Source of the DNA: Clostridia bacterium
GTDB lineage: Bacteria; Bacillota; Clostridia; TANB77; CAG-465
Length of the DNA: 64,000 bases
Direction: 5' to 3'
Assembly: GCA_045604405.1 (NCBI GenBank)
Contig: JAZUNZ010000048.1
Location: 25,939-89,938 of the forward strand
Program-made: the position numbers and the translations under genes
Part shown: positions 8,552-17,568 of the stretch, piece by piece
How positions within the stretch are numbered: position 1 is the first letter of the stretch
How the letters are laid out: each line of letters starts with the position of its first letter
Notes under the pieces: generated by a model
What the model saw: only the letters and a program-made list of their open reading frames with translations
Told to the model about the DNA's origin: nothing
Database searches by the model: none

Positions 8552-8627
8552 TGGTGGGTCATCGGGGACTCGAACCCCGGACCAATAGATTAAGAGTCTA
8601 CTGCTCTACCAACTGAGCTAATGACCC
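8552..8627 (-). tRNA. tRNA-Lys (anticodon CUU), island-borne complete copy
   Basis: 76 nt: gggtcattagctcagttggtagagcagtagaCTCTTAAtctattggtccggggttcgagtccccgatgacccacca. Perfect acceptor stem gggtcat/atgaccc. Anticodon loop CUCUUAA. Encoded CCA. Confidence 0.93.
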
Positions 8628-8655
8628 ATTTATTTTGTAATTTTGGTAAGCAACC

Positions 8656-8695
8656 GATTAAGAGTCTACTGCTCTACCAACTGAGCTAATGTCAC
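8656..8695 (-). pseudogene. Orphan 5' half of the host tRNA-Lys(CUU), forming the attL junction
   Basis: The minus strand reads gtgacattagctcagttggtagagcagtagactcttaatc (tRNA positions 1-40) and then breaks into unrelated ggttgcttacc. The acceptor strand gtgacat pairs with atgtcgc of the fragment at 1547-1593. Confidence 0.85.
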
Positions 8696-8709
8696 TTTTG
8701 ACAACATTT

Positions 8710-8738
8710 ATTATAACAAATATATCTTAATTTGTAAA
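8710..8738 (-). promoter_or_regulatory. Sigma-A-type promoter of the (now split) host tRNA-Lys gene
   Basis: The minus strand reads TTTACA-17 nt-TATAAT, ending 14 nt upstream of the 5'-half fragment. No promoter fits in the 28-nt gap before the island tRNA. Confidence 0.6.
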
Positions 8739-8809
8739 GTTAATAAGAATAAAAAAATAAAAATAACAATAAAAAGAAGCCGATTTTTTAAAATCGACTT
8801 CCTTAGGAA

Positions 8810-9265
8810 TTAGCAAGGCCTTGCTTTGAGAGTGTGTAGCTCAGCCAAAAGAGATTCTTTTGAAGGAGCACCTTCTTCTTCGATAAAATAGTCATCGTAA
8901 GATGCAATCTGAAACTCAATCTCTTCTATCCGGGATTTTTCTTCTTCAATCTTGGCTTGTTCTGCACGCATAGCAGCTAATTTCTTCTCCCTCCGAACAT
9001 CTAAAGGCTTTTCCCAACGTCTCGTACGTTGAGCTTTACCCTTGGGGAAGCAATTAATAGCTTTATTGGCAGCTCTTTCGGCAGTTATATCATCTACAAG
9101 CTCAGTATCCTCAAGAATTTCCAATATCGAATTGGAAATGAATTCTGGAGAAACATGCCACATAACGGCCATAGATTCAAAAGTTGCGAACTTGTTATAA
9201 GCGTAGTACTCAGCAAGATGGCGTTTAAATTGTTTGCTTACTTTGTGTTGGGTTTGTCTTGACAT
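8810..9265 (-). CDS. Hypothetical protein (charged, coiled-coil C-terminal half)
   Basis: 151-aa ORF. SD ggagga upstream of the ATG at 9265. By eye it is more GC-rich than its neighbours. No family recognised. Confidence 0.6.
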   Translation of the reverse strand: MSRQTQHKVSKQFKRHLAEYYAYNKFATFESMAVMWHVSPEFISNSILEILEDTELVDDITAERAANKAINCFPKGKAQRTRRWEKPLDVRREKKLAAMRAEQAKIEEEKSRIEEIEFQIASYDDYFIEEEGAPSKESLLAELHTLKARPC

Positions 9266-9461
9266 TTTTAAATCCTCCGTTTAATCAATTCAGTTTAATT
9301 GATTTAATAAATTTTAAATACAACTATATTATACCACAATTTGAAAAAGATTACAACAGTTTGAGATTACATAATTCAATAAAAATAATGTGCTGAGTTG
9401 AAATAATAAATTCCATGTGATATAATTCTAACGGTTACAATAAAATGTAATGGGTGAGATT

Positions 9462-10373
9462 ATGAATGTAAAATATACAGAAATTGAAAAATATATAGAA
9501 AGTACTAAGGTAAAATATGATGAACCAATGAGCAAATACACTACGTTAAAAGTAGGTGGAAATGCAGATGTTTTAGTATTACCGGAAAGTGTTCAAGATG
9601 TGGAAAACGTCCTTAAATATGCTAAAGAAAATAGCATTCAAGTTACTGTTATTGGTAATGGAAGTAAGCTTTTAGTGCTAGACAAAGGTATACGTGGAAT
9701 TGTTATAAAATTTGGAAGTAAATTTGCAAATATAGAGGTAGAAGGAGAATATATAACAGTATCTGCTGGAATGACATTACCACGTCTTGCAATTATAGCC
9801 AAAGACAATGCATTATCTGGATTAGAGTTTGCAGCAGGAATTCCAGGAAATGTTGGTGGAGCTGTATACATGAATGCAGGAGCATATGGCTCAGAAATGG
9901 CAAATATAGTAGAGGAAGTTACATATATAGATGAAGACTTAAATATTAAAACTATATCTGGAAAAGAGTGTAATTTCGGTTACAGAAGAAGCATGTTCAG
10001 AGGAACAAAAAATGTTATATTATCTGCAAAATTGAAATTAAATAGAGGTAATAAAGAAGAAATAGAAAGTTTAATGAAAGCAAATAATGAGGCAAGAAAG
10101 TCTAAACAGCCTTTAGAACATCCAAATGCAGGAAGTACTTTTAAAAGACCAGAGGGATATTTTGTAGGTAAACTAATTGATGATTTAGGATTAAAAGGAT
10201 ATAAAGTAGGAGATGCTCAAATTTCTACTAAGCACTCAGGATTTATTGTAAATACTGGAAAAGCGACAGCAAGTGATGTTTTAAAATTAATAAATCATGT
10301 AAAAGAGAAAGTACTTAAGGCAAATGGAGTAAAGCTTGAGGAAGAAATTATAGTACTTGGAGAAGGAGAATAA
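9462..10373 (+). CDS. murB: UDP-N-acetylenolpyruvoylglucosamine reductase
   Basis: FAD-binding PCMH-type N-terminus (TLKVGGNADVLVLPES) and C-terminal AGSTFKRP / ISTKHSGFIVN motifs. The ATG at 9462 has SD ggtgag; the ATG at 9450 has none. Confidence 0.92.
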   Translation: MNVKYTEIEKYIESTKVKYDEPMSKYTTLKVGGNADVLVLPESVQDVENVLKYAKENSIQVTVIGNGSKLLVLDKGIRGIVIKFGSKFANIEVEGEYITVSAGMTLPRLAIIAKDNALSGLEFAAGIPGNVGGAVYMNAGAYGSEMANIVEEVTYIDEDLNIKTISGKECNFGYRRSMFRGTKNVILSAKLKLNRGNKEEIESLMKANNEARKSKQPLEHPNAGSTFKRPEGYFVGKLIDDLGLKGYKVGDAQISTKHSGFIVNTGKATASDVLKLINHVKEKVLKANGVKLEEEIIVLGEGE

Positions 10374-10375
10374 AA

Positions 10376-11749
10376 ATGAAAACTTTTTTAGAATGGTTGA
10401 AACCAGGGGTAAGAGTAAAAAGATATATTATATTACAGCTTATATCAATAGGAACACTTATATATTCAATAATTTCTCTTACAATGAGAGATATACTTAC
10501 ACCTAATATACTTATTGCATATATAGCACTAATTACATTATCGTTATTTTTAACAGTATATTCGTTCTTTTTAGCACAAAGAAACATATTAAAAGTAACG
10601 TTAAAGAATATGGCATACAAGGATAAAAATATAGACATACGTAGATTGTTATATACAGAATCAATGCTTAAAAAAGGACCAAAAGTAGTAATAATTGGTG
10701 GTGGAAAGGGACTTTCTAACATATTAAGTGGACTTAAAGAATTTACCTCTAATATAACATCAATAGTTGCGGCTTTTGATGATGGTGGCTCAACAGGAAA
10801 ACTTATGGAGGAAATGGATATATTACCACCAGGAGATATACGTAGAAGCTTAATAGCACTTTCTTCATCAGAACCATGTATGGAAAAGCTATTAGGATAT
10901 AGATTTAAAAACGGAGCAGTGGACAATCATTCTTTAGGAAATTTAATGATAGTAGCGATGACAGAAATAATGGGTGGATTTGCACCAGCTATTGAAAAAC
11001 TATCTAGTATATTTAATGTAAAAGGGAAAATACTTCCAGTATCACTAGATAAAGCTAAACTGTGCGCAGGCCTTGAAAATGGTGAAATAGTTGTTGGAGA
11101 AGACAACATACGTCCAAGAGTATTAGAATCAAAAAGTAGAATAAAGCAAATATTCTTAAAGGATGTAGAAGCAAATCCAGCACCAGGTGTAATAGAAGCA
11201 ATAAATGAGGCAGATATCATAGTACTAGGACCAGGTAGTTTATATACAAGTGTAATTTGCAACTTACTAGTAAATGAAGTAGGTAAAGCTATAATACAAA
11301 GTAAAGCTAAGAAAGTAATGATATCTAACCTTATGAATGAACCAGGAGAAACATCAGGATATACATTAGCAAGACATGTAAATGAAATAGAGAGATATCT
11401 AGGCAAACATGTTTTAGATTATCTTATTGCAAACAATGGTGAAATAACTGAGGATATGATATATGATTTCAACCAAGGGGCATCAACTCCTGTAACGTTA
11501 GATTTACCAAATATACAAAATAGAACAATATCTGTTATAGAAGAAGATCTAGTTATAACTGCACCAAATGCTATACTTCATGATAACCTAAGAGTTGCTG
11601 AAATTATTATAGAAATAGCTAAAACTAAAAGAATGGGCTCTTTAAATTTGCTTAAAAGTAAAAATACAAAGAAAACAAAAAAGAGTGTAGCTGGCAAGGA
11701 AGTAAAAATTAAAAAAGACAACAATGCTTCAGAAAAACAAAGCAAGTAG
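10376..11749 (+). CDS. yvcK: YvcK/CofD-family gluconeogenesis and morphology factor with N-terminal TM extension and Lys-rich tail
   Basis: Core VVIIGGGKGLSNILSGLK .. DDGGSTGKL .. IVLGPGSLYTSV is typical of UPF0052/YvcK. About 90 aa of N-terminal hydrophobic segments and about 40 aa of C-terminal K-rich tail are extra. Confidence 0.85.
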   Translation: MKTFLEWLKPGVRVKRYIILQLISIGTLIYSIISLTMRDILTPNILIAYIALITLSLFLTVYSFFLAQRNILKVTLKNMAYKDKNIDIRRLLYTESMLKKGPKVVIIGGGKGLSNILSGLKEFTSNITSIVAAFDDGGSTGKLMEEMDILPPGDIRRSLIALSSSEPCMEKLLGYRFKNGAVDNHSLGNLMIVAMTEIMGGFAPAIEKLSSIFNVKGKILPVSLDKAKLCAGLENGEIVVGEDNIRPRVLESKSRIKQIFLKDVEANPAPGVIEAINEADIIVLGPGSLYTSVICNLLVNEVGKAIIQSKAKKVMISNLMNEPGETSGYTLARHVNEIERYLGKHVLDYLIANNGEITEDMIYDFNQGASTPVTLDLPNIQNRTISVIEEDLVITAPNAILHDNLRVAEIIIEIAKTKRMGSLNLLKSKNTKKTKKSVAGKEVKIKKDNNASEKQSK

Positions 11750-11774
11750 AAAACCTTAATTTAGGGGTGAATAA

Positions 11775-13598
11775 ATGATATACAAAAGAGTAAATAAAAG
11801 TTTAAAATCTGATTCTAAAGTAGAATATATAGAATCAAATAATCAAGGAATATATATAAATACTTCAATTACGGGTGCAAATTTTGCACCCTATCATGGT
11901 ATATACATATATCAAGAACCTAAAAAAGATGTTGTGTATTTATCTAAGATGATAGAATGTATACAAATAGGCCATGATAGATTCGATATATTGGATGTAA
12001 AAACAAGTGAAACTGTACATGGTGGTGTGCAGTTTTTAACAGAGTTTACAAACGTACCAGTTCCTACTTACACATATGATGTAAATGGTTGTATTATAGA
12101 GAAAAAATATAAACTTCATCCAACAGAAAAAATACTTTGTATAGATTATAAGATAACGAATAATACAGGAAAGCCAGTAAGATTTACCGCCAGTCCTTGT
12201 GTTACAAATAGAGGATTGTTTTCAAGCAAAAGACAAAGTGACATGAAGTTTACAAGTCTTGTTACAGCAAGTGCTACTAAGATAGCATTAAGTATTAGCG
12301 AGAAAAAGGATTTATATATTAAATCTTCAAACATGAAATACGATAAACATGAAAAATATCTGTGTGGTGTAAATTGTGATTTCGAAACAAGTGATGGAGC
12401 ATCAAAAACATACGTAGAGGATTTGTTTATACCAGGAGTTTTTGAAGGAAATATAAAGACAAGTAACACAAATACATTTAGTATATTTGTATCTATGGAA
12501 GATATAGATGTAAAACAGCACAAGTCAAATGACATAGAAGTAGATATAAAGAAACGAGACGAATATAGGTATGGCTCAATAGATAAAAGTTATCATGAGT
12601 TGTTTGGACTTGCAAAAACAGCATATAATCTACACTATATAGACAAAGAAAAGAAAAGACTAGTGCTTTTAGAATCAGTACCAGCAATCTATGATACAGA
12701 TGAATATGTAAAAAACATGATAGTATCTATAGAGGGAAATTATCTGCTACTTAAAAGATATAAAGAGGCACATAAGATATTAGAAAGCATGATGCTAAAG
12801 CTTAAAGATGAAACATATAAATTAAGTGATTTGGATAGATGCGAAGCAATGCTACTGTTTATAGAAGCGCTAAATAGATATCTTATGGAGGCAGATCCTG
12901 GCATAGAAGAAATTAGAGAGTTTTATGAATATATAAAAAGCAATATATATGAGTATTTAGATAGAAAAAACAAAGAGGCTTATGCAGATCAAGATTTTCT
13001 ACTTAAAGTAAATGGTAAAAAGTATATAAAGATAAACTCTCTTTGGTATAATGCACTAAGAATATTTGTAGATCTTGCGGACAAGTTCCATGAAGAATCT
13101 GAATTTATATATACTATATCTGAATCTTTAAGAGATAACATTGTAACAAGCTTTTGGGATGAAGCAAAAAGTGTATTAAAATTTGAAATAGAGGAGGCAT
13201 CATATTCTACTTTTGATATGATATATTCTTTAAGCTTATCCTATCCAGTACTTAAAGATAGTTCAATGTCTATGAAATTAATGGATACAGCTTTTAAAGA
13301 GTTATATACAGCTTATGGTATGAGGCTTGGAAATGTAAATGCAAAACAATATGACGGTTATGTATATCCTCATCTTATGGTACATTTCTTAAAGGCGAAC
13401 TTAAGACAAATGGGAGTAACTAGAGCAAGTCAAAAGCTTGCATATAACTTAGTAAAAGAAGTGCTAGGGGAGATAGGCAAAAATACTGTTGGAACAGTAA
13501 AATATAGATATAATGAAAAATTAAAAAAAGCATATGGTTATGAGATAAGTGCAATTACAAATGCCGAGCTTATACGCGCTTTTGACATGTTAACTTAA
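11775..13598 (+). CDS. Glycogen-debranching-enzyme-like (GDE_N/GDE_C, alpha/alpha-barrel) protein, divergent
   Basis: 607 aa. N-terminal NFAPYHGIYI resembles the RYHGLL motif of bacterial GDE N-domains. The C-terminal half is helical-repeat-like. I could not find the canonical WGRD catalytic motif. Confidence 0.45.
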   Translation: MIYKRVNKSLKSDSKVEYIESNNQGIYINTSITGANFAPYHGIYIYQEPKKDVVYLSKMIECIQIGHDRFDILDVKTSETVHGGVQFLTEFTNVPVPTYTYDVNGCIIEKKYKLHPTEKILCIDYKITNNTGKPVRFTASPCVTNRGLFSSKRQSDMKFTSLVTASATKIALSISEKKDLYIKSSNMKYDKHEKYLCGVNCDFETSDGASKTYVEDLFIPGVFEGNIKTSNTNTFSIFVSMEDIDVKQHKSNDIEVDIKKRDEYRYGSIDKSYHELFGLAKTAYNLHYIDKEKKRLVLLESVPAIYDTDEYVKNMIVSIEGNYLLLKRYKEAHKILESMMLKLKDETYKLSDLDRCEAMLLFIEALNRYLMEADPGIEEIREFYEYIKSNIYEYLDRKNKEAYADQDFLLKVNGKKYIKINSLWYNALRIFVDLADKFHEESEFIYTISESLRDNIVTSFWDEAKSVLKFEIEEASYSTFDMIYSLSLSYPVLKDSSMSMKLMDTAFKELYTAYGMRLGNVNAKQYDGYVYPHLMVHFLKANLRQMGVTRASQKLAYNLVKEVLGEIGKNTVGTVKYRYNEKLKKAYGYEISAITNAELIRAFDMLT

Positions 13599-13608
13599 GG
13601 AGAGTAAG

Positions 13609-14103
13609 ATGTATATTTTAGGAATAGACCCTGGTTTTGGAAGGGTTGGTTATGGAATAATAGAATATAAAAATAATAAATACAGACCAGTAGAATATGG
13701 TTGTATAACTACTCCTGCAGGAGAGAGCTTATCTAGTAGACTTAAGAAAATATATGAAGATTTAGAAGAAGTAATTTCTAGATACAATATAGATGCAGCT
13801 TCAGTTGAAGCGTTATTCTTTAATACAAACATAACAACAGGTATACAAGTTGCAGAGGCAAGAGGAGTAATATTACTTTCTTTAGAAAATCACAACATTC
13901 CAATAAGCGAGTATACACCACTTCAAGTAAAACAAGCACTAATTGGTTATGGTAGAGCAGACAAAATACAGATTAAAAACATGGTAAAAGATTTCTTAAA
14001 ATTAGAAAAGATGCCAAAACTTGATGACACAACAGATGCGCTAGCAATAGCAATATGTCATGCAAATAGTTGTAAATATAACAAGTATTTGGAACAAAAA
14101 TAA
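13609..14103 (+). CDS. ruvC: Crossover junction endodeoxyribonuclease RuvC
   Basis: MYILGIDPGFGRVGYGII .. VEALFFN .. DDTTDALAIAICHA. This is the RNase H-fold RuvC signature. Confidence 0.93.
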   Translation: MYILGIDPGFGRVGYGIIEYKNNKYRPVEYGCITTPAGESLSSRLKKIYEDLEEVISRYNIDAASVEALFFNTNITTGIQVAEARGVILLSLENHNIPISEYTPLQVKQALIGYGRADKIQIKNMVKDFLKLEKMPKLDDTTDALAIAICHANSCKYNKYLEQK

Positions 14104-14208
14104 AGTGTAAAACAAAAAGTAAAATAGGGGATTCGGCGTATGCAGAAACAGAAGGAACGACAAATATTGCATGAAAATAATTGGAAAACACCTTAAATGA
14201 ATTAACAT

Positions 14209-15186
14209 TTAGGGTGTTTTGCTTGTTATTTTCCGTATAAACATTGTAGAAATTACATAACCATAAGTATCACTTTTTTCTATTCCAATTCCTATGTAAT
14301 TGTATGAATTAGATAAAATGTTTTGCTTGTGAGTTGCAGAATTTAACCAGGCTGTTACAGCATCTTGTAGACTTGGATTTCCTGCAATATTTTCTCCTGC
14401 AACTTTATAACTTACTCCATATGTTTTCATCATATTAAAAGGACTTCCATACGTTGGTGATGTGTGTGAAAAATATGAATTTTTAACCATGTCTTGGGCT
14501 TTTAGTCTAGCAACTTTAAATAATGCGGCATCAGCTGAAAGTTTTGGAAGACCTGCATCTGTTCTTGCTTTGTTTAGAAGGTCAAAAATAGTTTTTTCAT
14601 TTGCACTCATACTAAATGAAGTAGTTGTACTATTTGAAGTACCTGTATTAGAAGAAGTTGTAGATATATTTAATAAATCTTTTCGTATGCAGCCTACTTG
14701 GTTGTTATTTGTAACTACTATATACCAATTATCTATGTAACCTACTGCTTTTAAACTAGTTCCTTTTGCAACAGTAGTAATTTTTGCAAAAGTTGTACCA
14801 GGACCTCGTCGTAAGTTTACTTTAGCATTGGTAGATACATTTTTTGTTCCTATACTAGTATATGTTTTTGCGCCTTTTGGAGCAGAAGAACTAGTCTTTA
14901 TATAGGATTTACTTAAAACACCAACTTCATTTGTTCCAAGTTGTACTATGTAAAAGTTATCTAGTGTTGCCACCATTTTAACAGTAGTGCCTTTGGAAAG
15001 CACACGTATTTTTCCGGTTGATGTAGATGCTGTGGTTCTAAAATTTACATTACTTGTTAAAGTACCATATTTGGGTTTGTAACTTGTAAGCGATGAATAT
15101 GCATATACGGTTATAGATGAAATGAATAGTATTATAATAACAACAATGGTTAGTAACACCTTGTTTTTTTGTATGTTTTTTTTCAT
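14209..15186 (-). CDS. Secreted protein with two SH3b domains and a C-terminal CAP/SCP (YkwD-like) domain
   Basis: Signal/TM VLLTIVVIIILFISSITVYA. Two copies of NVNFRTTAST../ KVNLRRGPGT.. SH3_3-like repeats. C-terminal ..AQDMVKNSYFSHTSPTYGSP..AGENIA..WLNSATHKQNIL. Confidence 0.8.
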   Translation of the reverse strand: MKKNIQKNKVLLTIVVIIILFISSITVYAYSSLTSYKPKYGTLTSNVNFRTTASTSTGKIRVLSKGTTVKMVATLDNFYIVQLGTNEVGVLSKSYIKTSSSAPKGAKTYTSIGTKNVSTNAKVNLRRGPGTTFAKITTVAKGTSLKAVGYIDNWYIVVTNNNQVGCIRKDLLNISTTSSNTGTSNSTTTSFSMSANEKTIFDLLNKARTDAGLPKLSADAALFKVARLKAQDMVKNSYFSHTSPTYGSPFNMMKTYGVSYKVAGENIAGNPSLQDAVTAWLNSATHKQNILSNSYNYIGIGIEKSDTYGYVISTMFIRKITSKTP

Positions 15187-15298
15187 ATGATTCCCTCCTG
15201 TTAATATATATGTACAAGCTATAAAATTTAGAACAAAAATTTCCTAAAAAATGTATATTATTATTTAAAATTAAAATAATATATTTGAGGTGTAAAAA

Positions 15299-16552
15299 AT
15301 GAATTTAACTCAAGGAAATATGTTTTGGAATGAGAATATAGGAATTATTAAAAAGTATCCGTATCTAAGTAGAGATAAAAAATGCGATGTGCTAGTAATT
15401 GGCGGAGGGATTGCAGGTGCCTTGACAGCTTTTATGCAAGCAAAGCAGGGAGTAAATGTTATAGTTGTGGATAAAAATATACTTGGGTTTGGAGCGACAC
15501 TGCAAACAGACGGAACGCTAGAAACAAGGGTGAATTTTAATCCTAAGCTTTCAAAAAATATGGATGAAAAAAGTATAGCCAAGTGTAACAGCTTATGTAT
15601 GCAAGCTTTGCAGGATATACAACAAATAATAAACGAGCTATGGGAAGATGAAGATTGTAAAAAATATATAGATAGTATTGGGTTTAAAAATGTAGACTTA
15701 ATGTATTTTTCCTATCATATAACAAATAAAATTGGCGTGTATAAAACTTTTGAAAAACTAGGAAAAGAAAATAATAATATAGAGTATTTAGAAGAAGATC
15801 CTTTAATTAATTTAAGAACAGGAATAATATTTCCAAATGCTGCTGGTATAATGAATCCATATTTACTTACGCAGCTTATATTTATATACTTAAGTAAAAA
15901 GGAAAATGTAGAAATTTATGAACATACAGATATAACAAGTATTTCTGTAAAAGATGAAATAGTAGAGTGTATTACAAATAATAGATTTAAAATTTTTTCA
16001 AAAAGCACAATACTTACAAATGGAATACATACTTTAGAATATTTGAGTGAGGATAATATAACACTAAATAAAACGTTTACAGTTATTACAGAAAGAGTGA
16101 CAAGTTTAGACGAAAACGTTATAAACGTTGTTGCAAAGGATATAAATTTCCCAAATACAACAATAGCATTTACAAAAGATAAAAGAATTATTGTGTGCGG
16201 CGAAGATGTAAAACAAAACGAGCGTATGATAAATGACAAGTATTTTATAAGTTATGCAAATGGTAAGTATAAAAAAATGTATTTAACACTTAGGAAATTA
16301 GTAAATATTCCAAGTAATGTGAAAATAACAAATTGTTTTTATGGAATGTATTTAGACACAAAAGATTCGCTTCCAATTATAGATGAATTAGAAAACATGC
16401 CAAATGTATATTGTAACTTGGGCACGGGAAAAAATGGAATTATTTTTGCAATGATGGGAGCCAGAATGCTTAAAGATGTATCTAAGCAATATCACACAAA
16501 GGATATGTATATGTTTAGAGAAAATAGGCAAAGAATAAGGAACAAGCAATAG
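15299..16552 (+). CDS. FAD-dependent oxidoreductase (DAO family)
   Basis: Rossmann dinucleotide motif DVLVIGGGIAGALTAF near the N-terminus. 417 aa. Confidence 0.75.
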   Translation: MNLTQGNMFWNENIGIIKKYPYLSRDKKCDVLVIGGGIAGALTAFMQAKQGVNVIVVDKNILGFGATLQTDGTLETRVNFNPKLSKNMDEKSIAKCNSLCMQALQDIQQIINELWEDEDCKKYIDSIGFKNVDLMYFSYHITNKIGVYKTFEKLGKENNNIEYLEEDPLINLRTGIIFPNAAGIMNPYLLTQLIFIYLSKKENVEIYEHTDITSISVKDEIVECITNNRFKIFSKSTILTNGIHTLEYLSEDNITLNKTFTVITERVTSLDENVINVVAKDINFPNTTIAFTKDKRIIVCGEDVKQNERMINDKYFISYANGKYKKMYLTLRKLVNIPSNVKITNCFYGMYLDTKDSLPIIDELENMPNVYCNLGTGKNGIIFAMMGARMLKDVSKQYHTKDMYMFRENRQRIRNKQ

Positions 16553-16567
16553 CTTGTTCCTTATTAG

Positions 16568-17374
16568 TTAGTTCATAAGTCTTATAAATTGAAGCTTCAA
16601 TCCGCGAGGATCTGCTCTGCGAACACGACATTCGATAAAGTCGCCGTATTTAAGAAGGGGAGTAAGTTCAGTGGTAGTCATAATACCAGTAATATTTGGA
16701 GAAATCTCTACAAAATATGCAGAACGCTCTTTGTCCAAAGGATTGCAAATTTTCGCCTTATATACGTCGCCGTGGTGAAAATCTTCAGGTTTGTATGCGG
16801 GAAAAGTTGACTTGTATGATACTCTGAATTGGCGAAGATTATCGTAGCTTAGGACGTTTACCCAAACATTGTCTTTGGGATGGAAATATTCGCTTATATT
16901 TTTGATACGCGTTTTGCAAACCTCCTTAATGTGCATACAAGCAACAATTCCGTCTCCTATATCTCCGAAGGCCATCGAAAGTGTTGTATTTGTGATGTTA
17001 AAAAGTACAGAAGAACAGTCCTTAAGATGTTCATAGGCTTCAAGCATATTTGATTTTCTAGACAATTTAATATTATTGCCGTCGCACTGAGTAATCTTCA
17101 CACGAACGTTTTTATGAAGCAGTGTGCATATCTGAATGGGAAGAGGGCGATTTGGATTTGAACTATATGAAAAAGGATATATTGTAACTTCGTCAAAAGG
17201 CAAACGACCAAATAATCCCTCTCCGAATTTGATAAGCAGCTCTCCAGAGTCTGTACATATTTTTTCAACAAAACCCAAAACGGTTAGGTTATTGTTAAAT
17301 GCATTTAACAGTTCCTCATAAGAAAGATCATTAAAAGTGTAATAGCTTTCGGGAAAAATTTTAGACTTCGACAT
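16568..17374 (-). CDS. S1/OB-fold RNA-binding-like protein
   Basis: Three segments resemble S1 motifs, for example GDVYKAKICNPL..AYFVEISPNITGIMTTTEL..GDFIECRV. 268 aa. Confidence 0.45.
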   Translation of the reverse strand: MSKSKIFPESYYTFNDLSYEELLNAFNNNLTVLGFVEKICTDSGELLIKFGEGLFGRLPFDEVTIYPFSYSSNPNRPLPIQICTLLHKNVRVKITQCDGNNIKLSRKSNMLEAYEHLKDCSSVLFNITNTTLSMAFGDIGDGIVACMHIKEVCKTRIKNISEYFHPKDNVWVNVLSYDNLRQFRVSYKSTFPAYKPEDFHHGDVYKAKICNPLDKERSAYFVEISPNITGIMTTTELTPLLKYGDFIECRVRRADPRGLKLQFIRLMN

Positions 17375-17568
17375 AATGTTTTACCTCCAAAAAATTATTT
17401 TTGTTCGTTAATTATACAACTGTTTAAATTATACCACAAAGTTTACATAAAAACAAGAGGGGGGAGAAAAAATAATAAAAGCGTTTAGAAAAAGCTTTAG
17501 TAACAAGTTATTTCTTTACTTATATAAGTTTTAATGATATAATAACTAAGATATATAGGAGGTATAAC

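Larger units (their letters stand above)
1594..8655. mobile_element. ~7.06 kb integrative island in tRNA-Lys(CUU), carrying int, xis, its own tRNA-Lys and unknown cargo
   Basis: An 11-bp core gattaagagtc is present at both junctions (1583-1593 and 8656-8666). A tyrosine integrase and an excisionase-type HTH lie next to the 1594 end. Split host tRNA halves flank the island. RGTGGCA(C) repeats occur near both ends. Confidence 0.85.

Noticed and set aside
8810-9265. Treating the GC-richer 151-aa gene next to attL as part of the island
   Set aside because: It lies outside the att core and beyond the host tRNA promoter. No repeat or recombinase links it to the element, so it is left as a host-side hypothetical gene.
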